A stretch of 32,372 nt of DNA from Octopus bimaculoides (lineage: Eukaryota). Where the stretch lies: contig NC_069004.1 in NCBI RefSeq assembly GCF_001194135.2, forward strand, positions 12,782,067 to 12,814,438, written 5' to 3'. Both the position numbers and the translations under genes were made by a program. Below, in pieces: positions 10,481-21,401 of the stretch. How positions within the stretch are numbered: the stretch's first letter is position 1; each line of letters begins with the position of its first letter. A model generated the notes under the pieces. That model worked only from the letters and a program-made list of their open reading frames with translations. It did not search any database and was not told the origin of the DNA.

Positions 10481-10551
10481 CTCAAGTTTTCCAGTGCAAA
10501 ATGGATGGGAAATTTTATCACTTGGTGACAAAGTACAGCTTTCAACTTTTC
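10481..10551 (-). CDS. MGAT5: MGAT5 coding exon (71 bp, phase 1-0): (G)KVESCTLSPSDKISHPFCTGKLE
   Basis: attcttgcag acceptor, GTAAAT donor; phases fit both neighbours; corresponds to human EKCVLPPMDGYPHCEGKIK. Confidence 0.88.
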
Positions 10552-10687
10552 CTGCAAGAATATCTGGAAATAAATTTAAAATTTGAATATTTCTATAGGA
10601 ATGAATTCTAGTTAGCTGTTATTTTATGTGTGTCTCTTCAAGTCATGAACTTCTACCAAATCAAATCTAATACATATTGCTTTCAAA

Positions 10688-10878
10688 TTTTGGCACAATG
10701 CCAACAGTTTTGGCGGGAGGAGGTAAGTCAATTACATCAACTGGTACTTATTTTATTGACCCTGAAAGGATGAAAGGCAAAGTTGACCTTGGTGGAATTT
10801 GAACTCAGAACATAAAGACAGATGAAATGCTACTTAGCATCTTGCTCAGTGTGCTAACAATCATGCCAGCTCACCACG
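10688..10878 (-). mobile_element. tRNA-derived SINE family C (Deu/Nin-domain-like core)
   Basis: Minus-strand core resembles gtcgactttgcctttcatcctttcggggtc.ataaa.taagtaccag, shared with 26402, 32032 and 32180 copies. Confidence 0.75.
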
Positions 10879-10899
10879 TTCAAATCTAATTCATATTAA

Positions 10900-11514
10900 T
10901 CTCACATGTGAGTATGCATGCACAACAGTGTAAATGATCTAAGAGGAAAACTGGGTGTAAGAGGCATCAGATGTGGTGTGCAAGAGAGAAGACTGCACTG
11001 GTTTGGTCATGTGGTGTGTATGGATGAAGACAGCTGCATAAAGAAGTGCTGAGCTCTAACTGTGGAAGGTACCTGTGGAAGGGGTAGACCTGGAATACAT
11101 GGGACAAAGTAGTGAGACGGGATCTTTGGACACTGGGCCTCACTGAGGAAATGGCAAGAGACCAGGAGATGTGGCAATTTGCTGTACTTGATAAGACACA
11201 TCAAGCTAAGTAAAATCGCTGTCTTTCACACATACAGGCTTGTCCTTTCAGGTGCTGGTGCTACTTAAAAAGCACCTGTGCCGGTGCTGTATTAACACAC
11301 CTGTGCTGGTGCTGTGTAAACGCGCTCATGACAGTGACATGTAAAAAGCATCCTGCACACACTGTTAAGTGGTTGGTGTTAAGAAGGGTATCCAGCCATA
11401 GAAACCATGCCACAACAGACAGTTGGAGTCTGGACAGCTTTCTGTTAGCCAGCTCCATGTCAAACTATCTAACCCATGCCAGCATGGAGACTGGACATTA
11501 AACGATGATGATGA
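10900..11514 (+). mobile_element. 5'-truncated RTE-clade LINE (ORF C-terminus + 3'UTR + (GAT)n tail)
   Basis: LRGKLGVRGIRCGVQERRLHWFGHVVCMDEDSCIKKC*ALTVEGTCGRGRP; RRLxWFGHV and GxRxRGRP are RTE C-terminal motifs; ends aaacgatgatgatgat. Confidence 0.9.
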
Positions 11515-12128
11515 TTCAGCATTGCAATCACTAAGAGTTCCTGCAGAGGACATGGAGATCAATGACCATTTTGCCTTTCCTCTCCACACTATTTTAGATG
11601 TCTGAAGAACATCATGCCATTGTATCTTGAACCTTCATTACATCAACTTAAACATAATGTACAACTTCTGATTTATATATTCGCCTGAAATAATTGTCAA
11701 TTTACTTAGCTTACAAGTAATTAAAGACTTCTAATATAGGCACAAAACCATAATTCTGTTGTGGGGAGAACGGTGGACAATATCAACCATAGTATTTGAT
11801 TGACATGTACTTATTTTATTGACCCACAAATGATGAAAAACAAAGTCGATTCTAGCATGGTTTGAACTCACAATGTGAAAAGATGAGACTAAAAATTAAT
11901 TACTCATAAGTCATTGATGCAATATAATTATTAATTTGCATAAAGTATTAGTTTACACAAGACATCAATTTACTCAATACAGCTATTAATCTATATAAGA
12001 ATATTAATTTATATAATTATCATCATCATCATCATCATCAGTATCATCATAGTATTGTTATATGTGAAAGGAAAAACAAAAGAAGGATAAAATCAGAGCT
12101 AAAGTAAATGATGCACTGATTGACCTAC

Positions 12129-12287
12129 CTTTAGCATTCAAATACGAATTCTGGGATATGAGATTAAATGATAAGTTGTTTCTGTAGGCAAGGGACTGGT
12201 TTGGCATGAGGTAGTTAAGTAAAGTTTCCATTTTATCAAGGCGATTCAGCATGTTTTCCAGCAGTACAGCAATTGTCTTCTTCAGAT
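12129..12287 (-). CDS. MGAT5: MGAT5 coding exon (159 bp, phase 1-1): (D)LKKTIAVLLENMLNRLDKMETLLNYLMPNQSLAYRNNLSFNLISQNSYLNAK
   Basis: tatgttttgttag acceptor, GTAGGT donor; matches human YDLKKTLAVLLDNILQRIGKLE. Confidence 0.93.
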
Positions 12288-13015
12288 CTAACAAAACATA
12301 GAGAGAGGAAAATATATCTAAGAGAGAAAGAGAGAGGATAAAATATACAGAGATGTAAGTAGAGCTGATAGATTTATAAGCTATAGATTCAAAGCCTTTC
12401 ATTGATGTTCTGTGCTTTTAGCCAATACACTATCCAATTATAGCCAGAGTTAATCTATTTTGGAAAACAGCATCACAGACGAGATGCAGTGACCTCTAGG
12501 CTCAAGATATATTGTGCACTATATTTCATATGAAACATAATGTAGATATAACTGGGAAGAAATGGGTTGCTTGATGTAAGGATGAACCTACAGGTAACAA
12601 AAATCTCAACTCAGAATAATAAAGCGAATGATATATTACCAGCTGTGTTAGATAGAGCTAACAATGTTCATGTTACTAATGTGCAAAATACAGGTCACAT
12701 GCAGTAACTACCTTGCTCTTCGTTCTTAGTTAATTGTTCCCAGGAGAGTAAGAATTAATTTTGATACAGGGAGTAGTGAGGATGGGAGGCAAGACTATGT
12801 TAAATATATGTAGGGTTAAGTGGGGTGAATACAGCTGCAAGGAAAGAAACATAGATAAAGACTTTGTTAATATAATATTTCTGGAATTGGAGATGTCACT
12901 ATATTCTCAGTAGATGTGTTGATACTTGGTATATTTGGTGAATAATAAAACTGCAATTAAGCAGATGTCTGCACAACTGGAAGTAACAAATCACCAGAAG
13001 GAAGAAAGACTAATA

Positions 13016-13240
13016 TCATCATCATCATCATCATCGTCGTCGTTTAACGTCCGCTTTCCATGCTGGCATGGGTTGGACGATTTGACTGAGGACTGGTGGA
13101 CCAGGAGGCGACACCAGGCTCCAATCTGATTTGGCAGAGTTTCTACAGCTGGATGCCCTTCCTAAATGCCAACCACTCCGAGAGTGTAGTGGGTGCTTTT
13201 ACATGCCACTGGCACGAGGGTCAGTCAGGCGGTACTGGCG
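13016..13240 (-). mobile_element. RTE LINE 3'UTR/tail fragment
   Basis: (CAT)n-cgtttaacgtccgctttccatgctggcatgg...; reverse complement of 18350-18569. Confidence 0.9.
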
Positions 13241-13819
13241 ACATAATCCATACAATCTACATTAAATGATTGAGATATTTTAATCAAGGATATTAATTTT
13301 AGCCGGAGCAGAAAATTCTAAATGCTATCAGGAAATATTATGCCATAGTGCATGGAATGAAAAAAAAGTCTGCAACTCTTGAGATTTTGTGAGGGTAAGA
13401 GTATGTAATTAAGAAGTCTACGTCACTACCACATGCTTTAGGGTTCAATTCCAATGTGCAGCACCTTGAGCAAGAGTCTTCTACAATAGCTTCAAGTAGA
13501 CCTAAGTCTTTTGAGTGAAATATAATGGAAGGGAAGTGTATGGAAGTTCATCTTTCCAATTCTTGAGTAGTGGTCTTTATTCATGACTTGGGTTAATACT
13601 AACACCTGGTCCTTGAATGTCTGTAGCAGAGCCCAGTATGGTGCCAGTATGCAGGCTAGGCATCCATTCTTAGGAAAACTTCCTTTTTCCCACATGCTGG
13701 TCTTAGAAACTAGAAAAAAGGGGTCATGAGCAGCACCCACAACCCCTTTTCTTTCTGACAAAGTGATATATATAACCCCCCCTCCCATACATACACACAA
13801 ACATAGAGTATATAAAAGT

Positions 13820-14206
13820 AGGAGTAGCTGTGTGGTAAGTAGCTTGCTTACCAACCACATGGTTCCGAGTTCAGTTCCACTGCGTGGCACCTTGGGCAAG
13901 TGTCTTCTACTATAGCCTCGGGCCGACCAAAGCCTTGTGAGTGTATTTAGTAGACGGAAACTGAAAGAAGCCTGTCGTATATATGTATATATATATATGT
14001 GTGTGTGTGTGTGTATGTGTTTGTGCCCCCAGCATCGCTTGACAACCGATGCTGGTGTGTTTACGTCCCCATAACTAAACAGTTCGGCAAAAGAGACTGA
14101 TAGAATAAGTTCTAGGCTTACAAAGAATAAATCCTGGGATTGATTTGCTTGACTAAAGGCGGTGCTCCAACGTGGCCAGTCAAATGACTGAAACAAGTAA
14201 AGAGTA
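13820..14206 (+). mobile_element. Near full-length tRNA-derived SINE family A with internal (TA)/(GT) microsatellite
   Basis: Head gtagctgtgtggtaagtagcttgcttaccaaccacatggttccgagttcagttcc, then CORE-like caccttgggcaagtgtctt; head copies also at 19234, 20153, 22432, 28241 and degenerate 13405; tail copies at 6027, 23650, 29410. Confidence 0.88.
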
Positions 14207-14287
14207 TATCAAAGTCTACTTCCTCCATTCTTAGTTTGGATAACAGAAATAGTACCAGGAACAACTGACACCATGGATCACAGCTGC

Positions 14288-14500
14288 TTTTTGATACCAA
14301 CTTCTTGAAACCACCCCTGGTTTTGAAACAAATTTCTTGTTATTAAGTGATTTAAAACCTTTCATTTAATTTCATGTAAATTTATATTCCAAAGATCAAC
14401 TTAATAAATGGCAAAGTTATTTTACTAAATCCTTTATTATTTTCAAAATGAATTGAGACAAAGGCAGTTTTTTTGGAAAGAAATATGGTAACAAAAGGGT
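14288..14500. mobile_element. Possible degenerate MITE
   Basis: Terminal inverted match TTTTGATACCA ... TGGTAACAAAA(GGGT), 10/11. Confidence 0.3.
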
Positions 14501-14904
14501 AAAAACTACAGAGGAACTAAACTTTGGTGCATATCTCTGTGACAAATGGTGAGGAATCTGCAGCTTTAAGGTTGCAATGAGACTTTTTAGGGTACTAGTT
14601 GCATTATTTTGGCCCTTTAAATGTCACCTGTAAAAATTTCTTTGAGGAATTAATTTTCCTCACCAAATAAAGTTTTTTTTTGTTAGATTACAGAAATCTC
14701 AAGCCTAGAACATTCTATTGAATATCCAAAATTCATATGCACCAATTTCAATAACAGAAATATATATTTTATCCCTATACATAATTATTTATTTTAGGGA
14801 TACAAATACATGAAGTACTGTGCTGAAAATACAAGATGTTAACAACATCTGGGTTAAATAAAATGGTTTTCCAATGAGAAAAGGCTTCTCACACTAAAAG
14901 AAGC

Positions 14905-15110
14905 CTCTCTGAGGTCACCCAATCTTCTAGAAATAGCAGCCAAGTCTCCTTCATTTTCTCATGTCAACTCTATTGTCTTAAAAATAGGAAAAGATTCATT
15001 CAATAATGTAAACTCAGTACATCTAGGAAAAAAGGGAGACGGGACAATCACAGTTTAAATGTTTTTGATCAAAGATTGATTCCATTAGCATCATCCACCT
15101 GGCCAAAACA
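14905..15110 (+). mobile_element. SINE-like family D copy
   Basis: tctagaaatagcagccaagtctcc...gtcttaaaaataggaaaag...gacgggacaatcacag; similar to 2275-2480. Confidence 0.55.
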
Positions 15111-15241
15111 GTAACTGTATTCTAACTGCTGCAAATTTAGTGTCTAAGTTTTCCTGGAAAAGATAGGATGTCTTATATGAATCCAACTGAATTACTGCAA
15201 CAAGAACCAAAAATGTCAAGGAGGCTGCAAAAATATCTTAC

Positions 15242-15341
15242 CATAAGCAGTAAATCTACCAGCATAAGGACCATCAACAACTCCATTACTCTCCTGAGCT
15301 AATGCACGGACATATTTCTCACTCAGCTTAATAATGTCATT
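15242..15341 (-). CDS. MGAT5: MGAT5 coding exon (100 bp, phase 0-1): [33 protein letters not shown]
   Basis: ttttgcttttatttaacag acceptor, GTAAGA donor; matches human [33 protein letters not shown]. Confidence 0.95.
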
Positions 15342-15410
15342 CTGTTAAATAAAAGCAAAATAATATTGACTACAGCAATAGAAATAGTTGGTTGTTATAT
15401 AAATACAAAG

Positions 15411-15714
15411 TTTTTTTTAATTTATTCTTATCAAGTCCCAAACAAGGCAAACAGCCGCTTAGCGTATGGGACTATGAAGAAGGAGAAATTAAAACAAAAG
15501 TAATGAATTTACTTTAGACTGGGAAGAGTTCAGGTCATAAGAAGAGGGAAAACAATGGGATGGAAGAGAGTTCCAAAGTCTGGCAGTTTGAGGAAATAAG
15601 CTATGACTGTAGAAAGACTTTCTTATTCATGGAAGCACAATAGCACTTGGATGAAGTTGCTGTGAGTTTCGAGTCAGATGAGATGGCACAAAGTGTTCTG
15701 GAACTAAGAGAGAG
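15411..15714 (-). mobile_element. 3' end of a CR1/L2-group LINE with A-tail
   Basis: Minus-strand SLFPQTARLWNSLPSHCFPSSYDLNSSQSKVN (RLWNSLP C-terminal motif), short 3'UTR, A-run at 15411-15418. Confidence 0.75.
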
Positions 15715-16238
15715 CACTTTCAGTGATCGGCACTTCTTTATGCGGCTGTGCTCATTCGTACACATCACATCTCCAAACCAACGTAGTCTTCTCTCTTGCA
15801 TGCCACATTTGATTCCTCTTATGCCCAACTTTTCTCTCAATACATTTGCACTTTGTCGTCCATGCACACTGATGTTACGCATCCAATGGAGCATACTACC
15901 TTCATTTCTCTCCAGTCTATGCATGTCTTCTGCATTCATAGCCCATGTCTCACTACTGTGGAGTATAGCCTTTTGCACACAAGCATCATATAGTCTACCA
16001 TTCATTCTGAGAGAGAAGCTTTTTGTTGCCAACAGAAGTAATAGCTTTCTGAACTTTCTCCACCCAATTCTTATTCTAGAAACAATACTTTCAAAGCATC
16101 CTCCACCATTGCTAATTTGATTACCTAGGTAACAGAAACTATCTACAACCTCAAGAGAGCCTCCTGGGCAGTTGAGAGAATCTAATTCCTGTGTGCTCTT
16201 AGTGCTTATTGTTCCAGCACATCTGCCACATACAAAGA
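15715..16238 (-). mobile_element. Internal RTE-clade LINE fragment (post-RT C-terminal region), lacking its own tail
   Basis: FVCGRCAG..SLEVVDSFCYLGNQISNGGGC..SRIRIGWRKF..GRLYDACV..ILHSSETW..QERRLRWFGDV..IKKCRSLKV, stop-free. Confidence 0.92.
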
Positions 16239-16243
16239 GTGTG

Positions 16244-17777
16244 TGATTGAAACTCATTAACTTCATAATTGGAAACAGTATAGTAAACATTCTAGAGTTC
16301 ATCCCATCAATAATTAGTATTTTATGTGTCTTCCTTTTGCTTTTATAACAACTTTTATGTATTTTTGCATACTTGACAGTAAGTTGGCACAAGTGGCTGG
16401 GTCAATTTTCTGCCACTCATTGTGTGACACTAATGTTTTTTCCTATTTTTTCAGTGAATATTTTATTGATAATTTATTAGCGGTTAATATTTGTTGAAAA
16501 TGTCTCTGAAGAAATAGATTTCTGAAGCTCAAAGGGCTCAAATCATTGCATTATTCAGTGAAGGATTCTCCCAAACTGAAATTGCAAGAAAATTGAAATG
16601 TTCAAGAAAAGGTGTTTATCAAAAAGTACGATGAGACCAATTCTTTCAAAAACTGTAAAGGACGAGGTTGCAAAAAGTGTACAACCACAAGGGAAGACAG
16701 GTTGCTGAAGAGGACATCTCTGGTGAATAGGAAAAAGACTTCTTTTGACATAGCTGCTGAGTATCAACTTGTATAGCGAGAAGAAGGTTATTGGAAGCTG
16801 GGCTCAAAAGATGTAAGGCAAGAAAGAAACTGTTGCTGTCTGAGGTGAACATGAAGCAATTGTCTTGGGCAAAAGAGCATGAAGATTGGACTGATGATGC
16901 TTGGGCCAAAGTTGTTTGGTCTGATGAAAGTGACTTTGATGTAGGTTCTCCACATTCATTTCCGTCACTTTACTAGGCATAATTGAAATTCTTATACTTG
17001 TACAAATTTTTTATTTGTTACCAAAAATGATCAGTAATTTTGTTTTTCTCCTCAGATCATTGGAGTCCTTGGAGCTGTTTATGTTCACCGTAGACTTGGG
17101 AAAGTTTATCATCCTGTATGTGTAGTCCCAACAATCAAATTTGGAGGGGGTAGCATAATGGTTTGGGGCTGCATGTTGTCTTCAGGCCCAGGAATACTGT
17201 TCACTTGTGAGGGAAGAATGAATTCCAACACTTACACCAGCATGTTAGATCAAGTTTATCAACTTTCCTCAGCTAAAATTTTCTATGATAACATCCCTCC
17301 CAGATGGCGTAATCTTTCAACAAGACAATGCTCCATACCACGCATCCAGAGTTCCAATGGTTTGGTTTGAGGAGAAAGTGTTGAGGGTGATGAAATGGCC
17401 CCTTCAGTCTCCAGACCTCATTCCCATTGAACATTTGAGGTGACACTTAGGTACAAGAGTGAGGATGCACACATGTTCTTCAAAAAGCAAATTAGAAGCC
17501 AAAATTCATGAAGAGTGGCAGAAAATTGAGCAAGCCACTTGTGCCAGCTTAGTTGCAAGTATGCAAAAATGCATAAAAGTGGTTTTAAAAGCAAAAGGAG
17601 GACACATCAAATACTAATTATTGATGGGATGGAGTCTAGAATGTTTATTAAATTGTTTAGGAGAATATAAATTGTTTAGAGAATATGATTGAAACTCATT
17701 TACTTAATAATTGATTATTAAGTTTCAATCATATTCTCTATTTTTTCATACCAGCTCCATAATTTTGGCCAAGACTG
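16244..17777 (+). mobile_element. Tc1-family (DD34E) DNA transposon relic with long TIRs; left terminus truncated
   Basis: Right end ...GGCCAAGACTG|TA (17777, TA target); 16244-16418 is an inverted copy of 17513 outward, overlapping the transposase C-terminus. Confidence 0.92.
16500..17617 (+). pseudogene. Tc1 transposase pseudogene split by a 115-bp GT-AG intron (16941-17055)
   Basis: ATG 16500 ISEAQRAQIIALFSEGFSQTEIARKLKCSR (HTH); WSDESDFD | IIGVLGAVYVHRRLGKVYHPVCVVPTIKFGGGSIMVWGC; FQQDNAPYH..WPLQSPDLIPIE with 34 residues between D (17324) and E (17429); TAA 17615-17617; several stops/frameshifts. Confidence 0.92.
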
Positions 17778-18101
17778 TATTGTATATATACCAAACAATT
17801 TGAACTTAAAACATTTCAAACTCTCACCAGCAACGAAAAATTCTCCTTCATGCACTATGACAGCAAATATAAAAAACTCTTTCTCTTTCTCTCAATATTT
17901 TTCTCTTTCTCTTTTTTAAAAAATCTCATTGTATCTATTCCTGTTATGTATGTCTTTTATGAACTTCAGCAAACATTTAAACTTATATTGTTGTTTATCT
18001 CTGTGCAACTCATTGGAGTTTTTAGGTGTATTTGACTGTTTAAACAAACTTTTCTGAATTTTCCTTTGTAACTCAGTCAAAAGACTCCTAAACCATTTTT
18101 C

Positions 18102-18569
18102 TTGCCAGTGCCCCTGGACTGGCTCATGCACGGGCGACACATGAAATCTTTCGAGCGGGATCGTTGCCAGTGCCCCTGGACTGGCTCATGTGCGGGCGAC
18201 ACACGAAATCTTTCGAGCGGGATCGTGCCAGTGCCCATGGACTGGCTCATGTGCGGGCGACACATGAAATCTTTCGAGCAGGATCGTTGCCAGTGCCCCT
18301 GGGCTGGCTCTTGTGCGGGTGACACATGAGGTTTCTCGAGCGAGATGAGCATGGCTGTTACCAGTACCGCCTGACTGGCCTTCGTGCGGGTGACACGTAA
18401 AAACACCTACTACACTCTCTGAGTGGTTGGCGTTAGGAAGGGCATCCAGCTGTAGAAACTCTGCCAAATCAGATTGGAGCCTGGTGTAGCCATCTGGTTT
18501 CACCAGTCCTCAGTCAAATCGTCCAACCCATGCTAGCATGGAAAGCGGACGTTAAACGACGACGACGAC
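18102..18569 (+). mobile_element. RTE 3'UTR/tail copy carrying a ~62-bp tandem array (x4, 18102-18345)
   Basis: Units start 18102, 18164, ~18225, 18287; CpG-rich; ends gcggacgttaaacgacgacgacgac. Confidence 0.9.
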
Positions 18570-19233
18570 AATCTTCTATTTTTAGCATTTATAAAGAAAA
18601 GAAATATCGCACCCAAAATCCAAAAACAACAACACGTTTTGAGATTAAAGTGCATTTTCACCCCTTTTATAAAAAATTCTCCTATATTTTTTCCTTTGTG
18701 GAAATATACTTCTCTCCGCGCGCGTGTGCATGTGTGTGTGTGTGTGTGTGTGTGTGTTATACAGTGGTGGTTGTTGCAGGGTGTGCTATTGTGATAAACT
18801 AAACTCTTTACCCTGCTATACATATAAACATACAAACGTTAGGCTGTTTCTATATTTCAAGCGACTTCAACATGACCTCTGCTAAGTGTTGAGTGTGTAT
18901 GTTAATAGATTTGAATGTAGATTACAGTCATGACACTTCCATAACACGAAAACATAAAGAAAAAGAATTCTTATAAAGAATATTTACTACTTTTAGTGAA
19001 TAAAAGGGGCTCATTTTGCATACCTAGAATATATACTCCTGCAAAATATACACATAGCTAAAAAATATGTTTATTTATGCATAGAGTAAATAGCCTATGT
19101 ATTCAAAGATTGAGCCTATCTTCCTGGTGTCTAAATTTATCAAGTTGTCAAGGAAAGCACTTGACAGTTTTTGATCAAGAGAAAAGATGCTTCTGAGTGC
19201 TTGGTATTGCATTTTACCAATAGCTTTATATAG

Positions 19234-19380
19234 ATGTGTGGTAATAAGCTTGCTTCTTAGCCACATGGTTCCCAGTTCAGTCCCACTGCATGGCACCTTG
19301 GGCAAGTGTCTTCTATTATAGCCTAGGACCAACCAAAACCTTATGAGTGGGTTTGGTAGACGGAAACTGAAAGAAGCCCA
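19234..19380 (+). mobile_element. SINE family A 5' half
   Basis: Similar to 13820-13978. Confidence 0.85.
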
Positions 19381-19429
19381 TTATATATATATATGTATAT
19401 ATAGTTGCAAGTGCAGCCCACTTAAGAAT

Positions 19430-19917
19430 ACCCTTGACGCGTCGGGTGATATGATATACTTGAGAAAACCTACTGAGTCATGTAAAACCAAAATCATAGC
19501 TGTGGCCAGTGCCCCTGACTGGATCTCGTGCTGGTGGCACGTAAAAAGCACGATCTGAATGTGATCAATGCCAGGACCGCCTGACTAGCACCCATGCTGG
19601 TGGTACGTAAAATGTACCAACTGAACATGACTAATGCCAGTACTCCTGACTGGCATCCCCGTACCGGTGGCACATAAAAAGCACTGTCTGAATGTGATCG
19701 ATGCCAGACCCGCTCGACTGGCTCCTGTGCCAGTGGCACGTAAAAAGCACCCTCTACACTCTCGGAGTGGTTGGCATTAGGAAGGGCATCCAGCTGTAGA
19801 AACACTGTCACATCAGATTGGAGCCTGGTGCAGCCGCTGGCTCTCCAGACCTCAGTCAAACCGTCCAACCCATGCCAGCATGGAAAACGGACGTTAAACG
19901 ATGATGATGATGATGAT
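19430..19917 (+). mobile_element. RTE 3' end with four diverged ~60-bp subrepeats and (GAT)n tail
   Basis: Repeated ggtggcacgtaaaaagcac; terminal ccatgccagcatggaaaacggacgttaaacgatgatgat. Confidence 0.88.
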
Positions 19918-20124
19918 ATATAATCCACAGATGAGATCCAGAGATTCTCCATATAGACGACACTTCGTAGTGCTCAAAGGATTCAAACTTAGACTCCAAT
20001 ATGTTTACAGGGGATTGATTCCACAAGGCAAAGAAAGGCTATAACAGAGATCAAGTTGAGTGGGTATAGAGTCAATTATGCGGATAAACAAATTAGATAC
20101 ATTAAATATAATAGTTTGAGTATG

Positions 20125-20152
<28 letters not shown>

Positions 20153-20155
<3 letters not shown>

Positions 20156-20229
20156 TGGCTGTATGGTAAGTAGCTTGCTTACCAACCACATGGTTCTGGG
20201 TTCAGTCCTACTGTGTGGCACCTTGGGCA
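20153..20229 (+). mobile_element. SINE family A head fragment
   Basis: gtggctgtatggtaagtagcttgcttaccaaccacatggttctgggttcagtcc. Confidence 0.8.
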
Positions 20230-20758
20230 TGACTGGAATGTGGAGATGGACAAAATGCTACTAAGCATTACATACAAACATTTTTAAGCATGCAAATATT
20301 ATTTGTTGAAATATCACAAATATTTTTCACTGGTCTGTGACAAATAAACATTTTTAATTGATAAGTTACAGACAAATATTCTTAGTTAGATAACCATTTG
20401 TTTTAAGAATCCACCAAATAAAAGAATGAACTCAACAAAAATCACAATAAAGAGAGACTAAGTTTTACTAATGAACTATTGCCTCTATACAGACACTGAC
20501 TTTCTATATGACAACAGCAGTAAATGCTATCCATGAAGGTGAGGCAGAGAGGAACATGATTCAGAGAAGAAAGAAATTTGTCTCATCGTTGATAATGTTG
20601 ATGATGTCTGCATATACAATACACCCAAGCTTTCCCATCTGAACAAGTTTGGCAATTCATCAAAAACACTGGCACATTACAGCACACCATTGAATTAATA
20701 ATTAATCCCAATGCTGCCAGAAACTTAACAATCTTCTCACCATCACCGCCACCACCAC

Positions 20759-21030
20759 CATCATCATCATCAACATTTAATGTCTGTTTTCCATACTGGC
20801 ATGAGTTGGATGATTTCACAGGAACTGGCAAGGCCAGGGTCCTGCAGCAGGTTCCATAGTCTGTTTTAGCTTGGTTTCTACAGCTGGATGCTCTTCCTAA
20901 TGCCAACCACATTACAGAGTGTACTGGGTGCTTTTCATGTAGCACCATCACCAGTGCTTTTTACATGGTGCCAACACCAGTGCTTTTTACGTAGCACTCA
21001 CCCACACCAATGCTTTTTACGTGGTACCTT
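20759..21030 (-). mobile_element. Degenerate RTE 3'UTR/tail copy
   Basis: (CAT)n..tttaatgtctgttttccatactggcatgag..tttctacagctggatgctcttcctaatgccaacc. Confidence 0.8.
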
Positions 21031-21129
21031 GGTTTTTAGGATCTTCTGAATACCAATTGACATTATATAAATATCTTGATCATCATCATCATCATCAAGC
21101 TACTGTGCATTATTGTCTTGAGTCGTAGG

Positions 21130-21355
21130 ACTCATACAGCCAGTTACCTGGTTTTCATGGTGCATAAGTGACCGAGATCACAACATTTCCTCGGAACAGG
21201 ATGCCAGTCAGTCACAAGGTTACCCTTTACAGCTGAGTGGACTGAAGCGACGTGAAATTAAGTGTTTTACTGAACAAGACAATGCACCACCTTGTTCAGG
21301 AATTGAAACCATAACCTTATGATTGTAAGCAGAATACCATAACCATGAGATCAAG
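21130..21355 (-). mobile_element. Degenerate SINE family B copy
   Basis: cagctgagtggactg.agc.acgtgaaat.aagtgtttt shared with 7240-7290. Confidence 0.65.
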
Positions 21356-21401
21356 TGACTTCACTATTACATAAATATCCAATAGGAAGAAATTCCTTTT
21401 A

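Noticed and set aside
18560-18650. Minus-strand MHFNLKTCCCFWILGAIFLFF as MGAT5 TM exon
   Set aside because: No splice donor, runs into an RTE tail, and T-rich sequence readily gives hydrophobic peptides.
19024-19038. 15-nt minus-strand micro-exon with good AG/GTATGC signals
   Set aside because: Phase-0 reading contains TAG and other phases are incompatible with the downstream phase-0 exon; could only be UTR.
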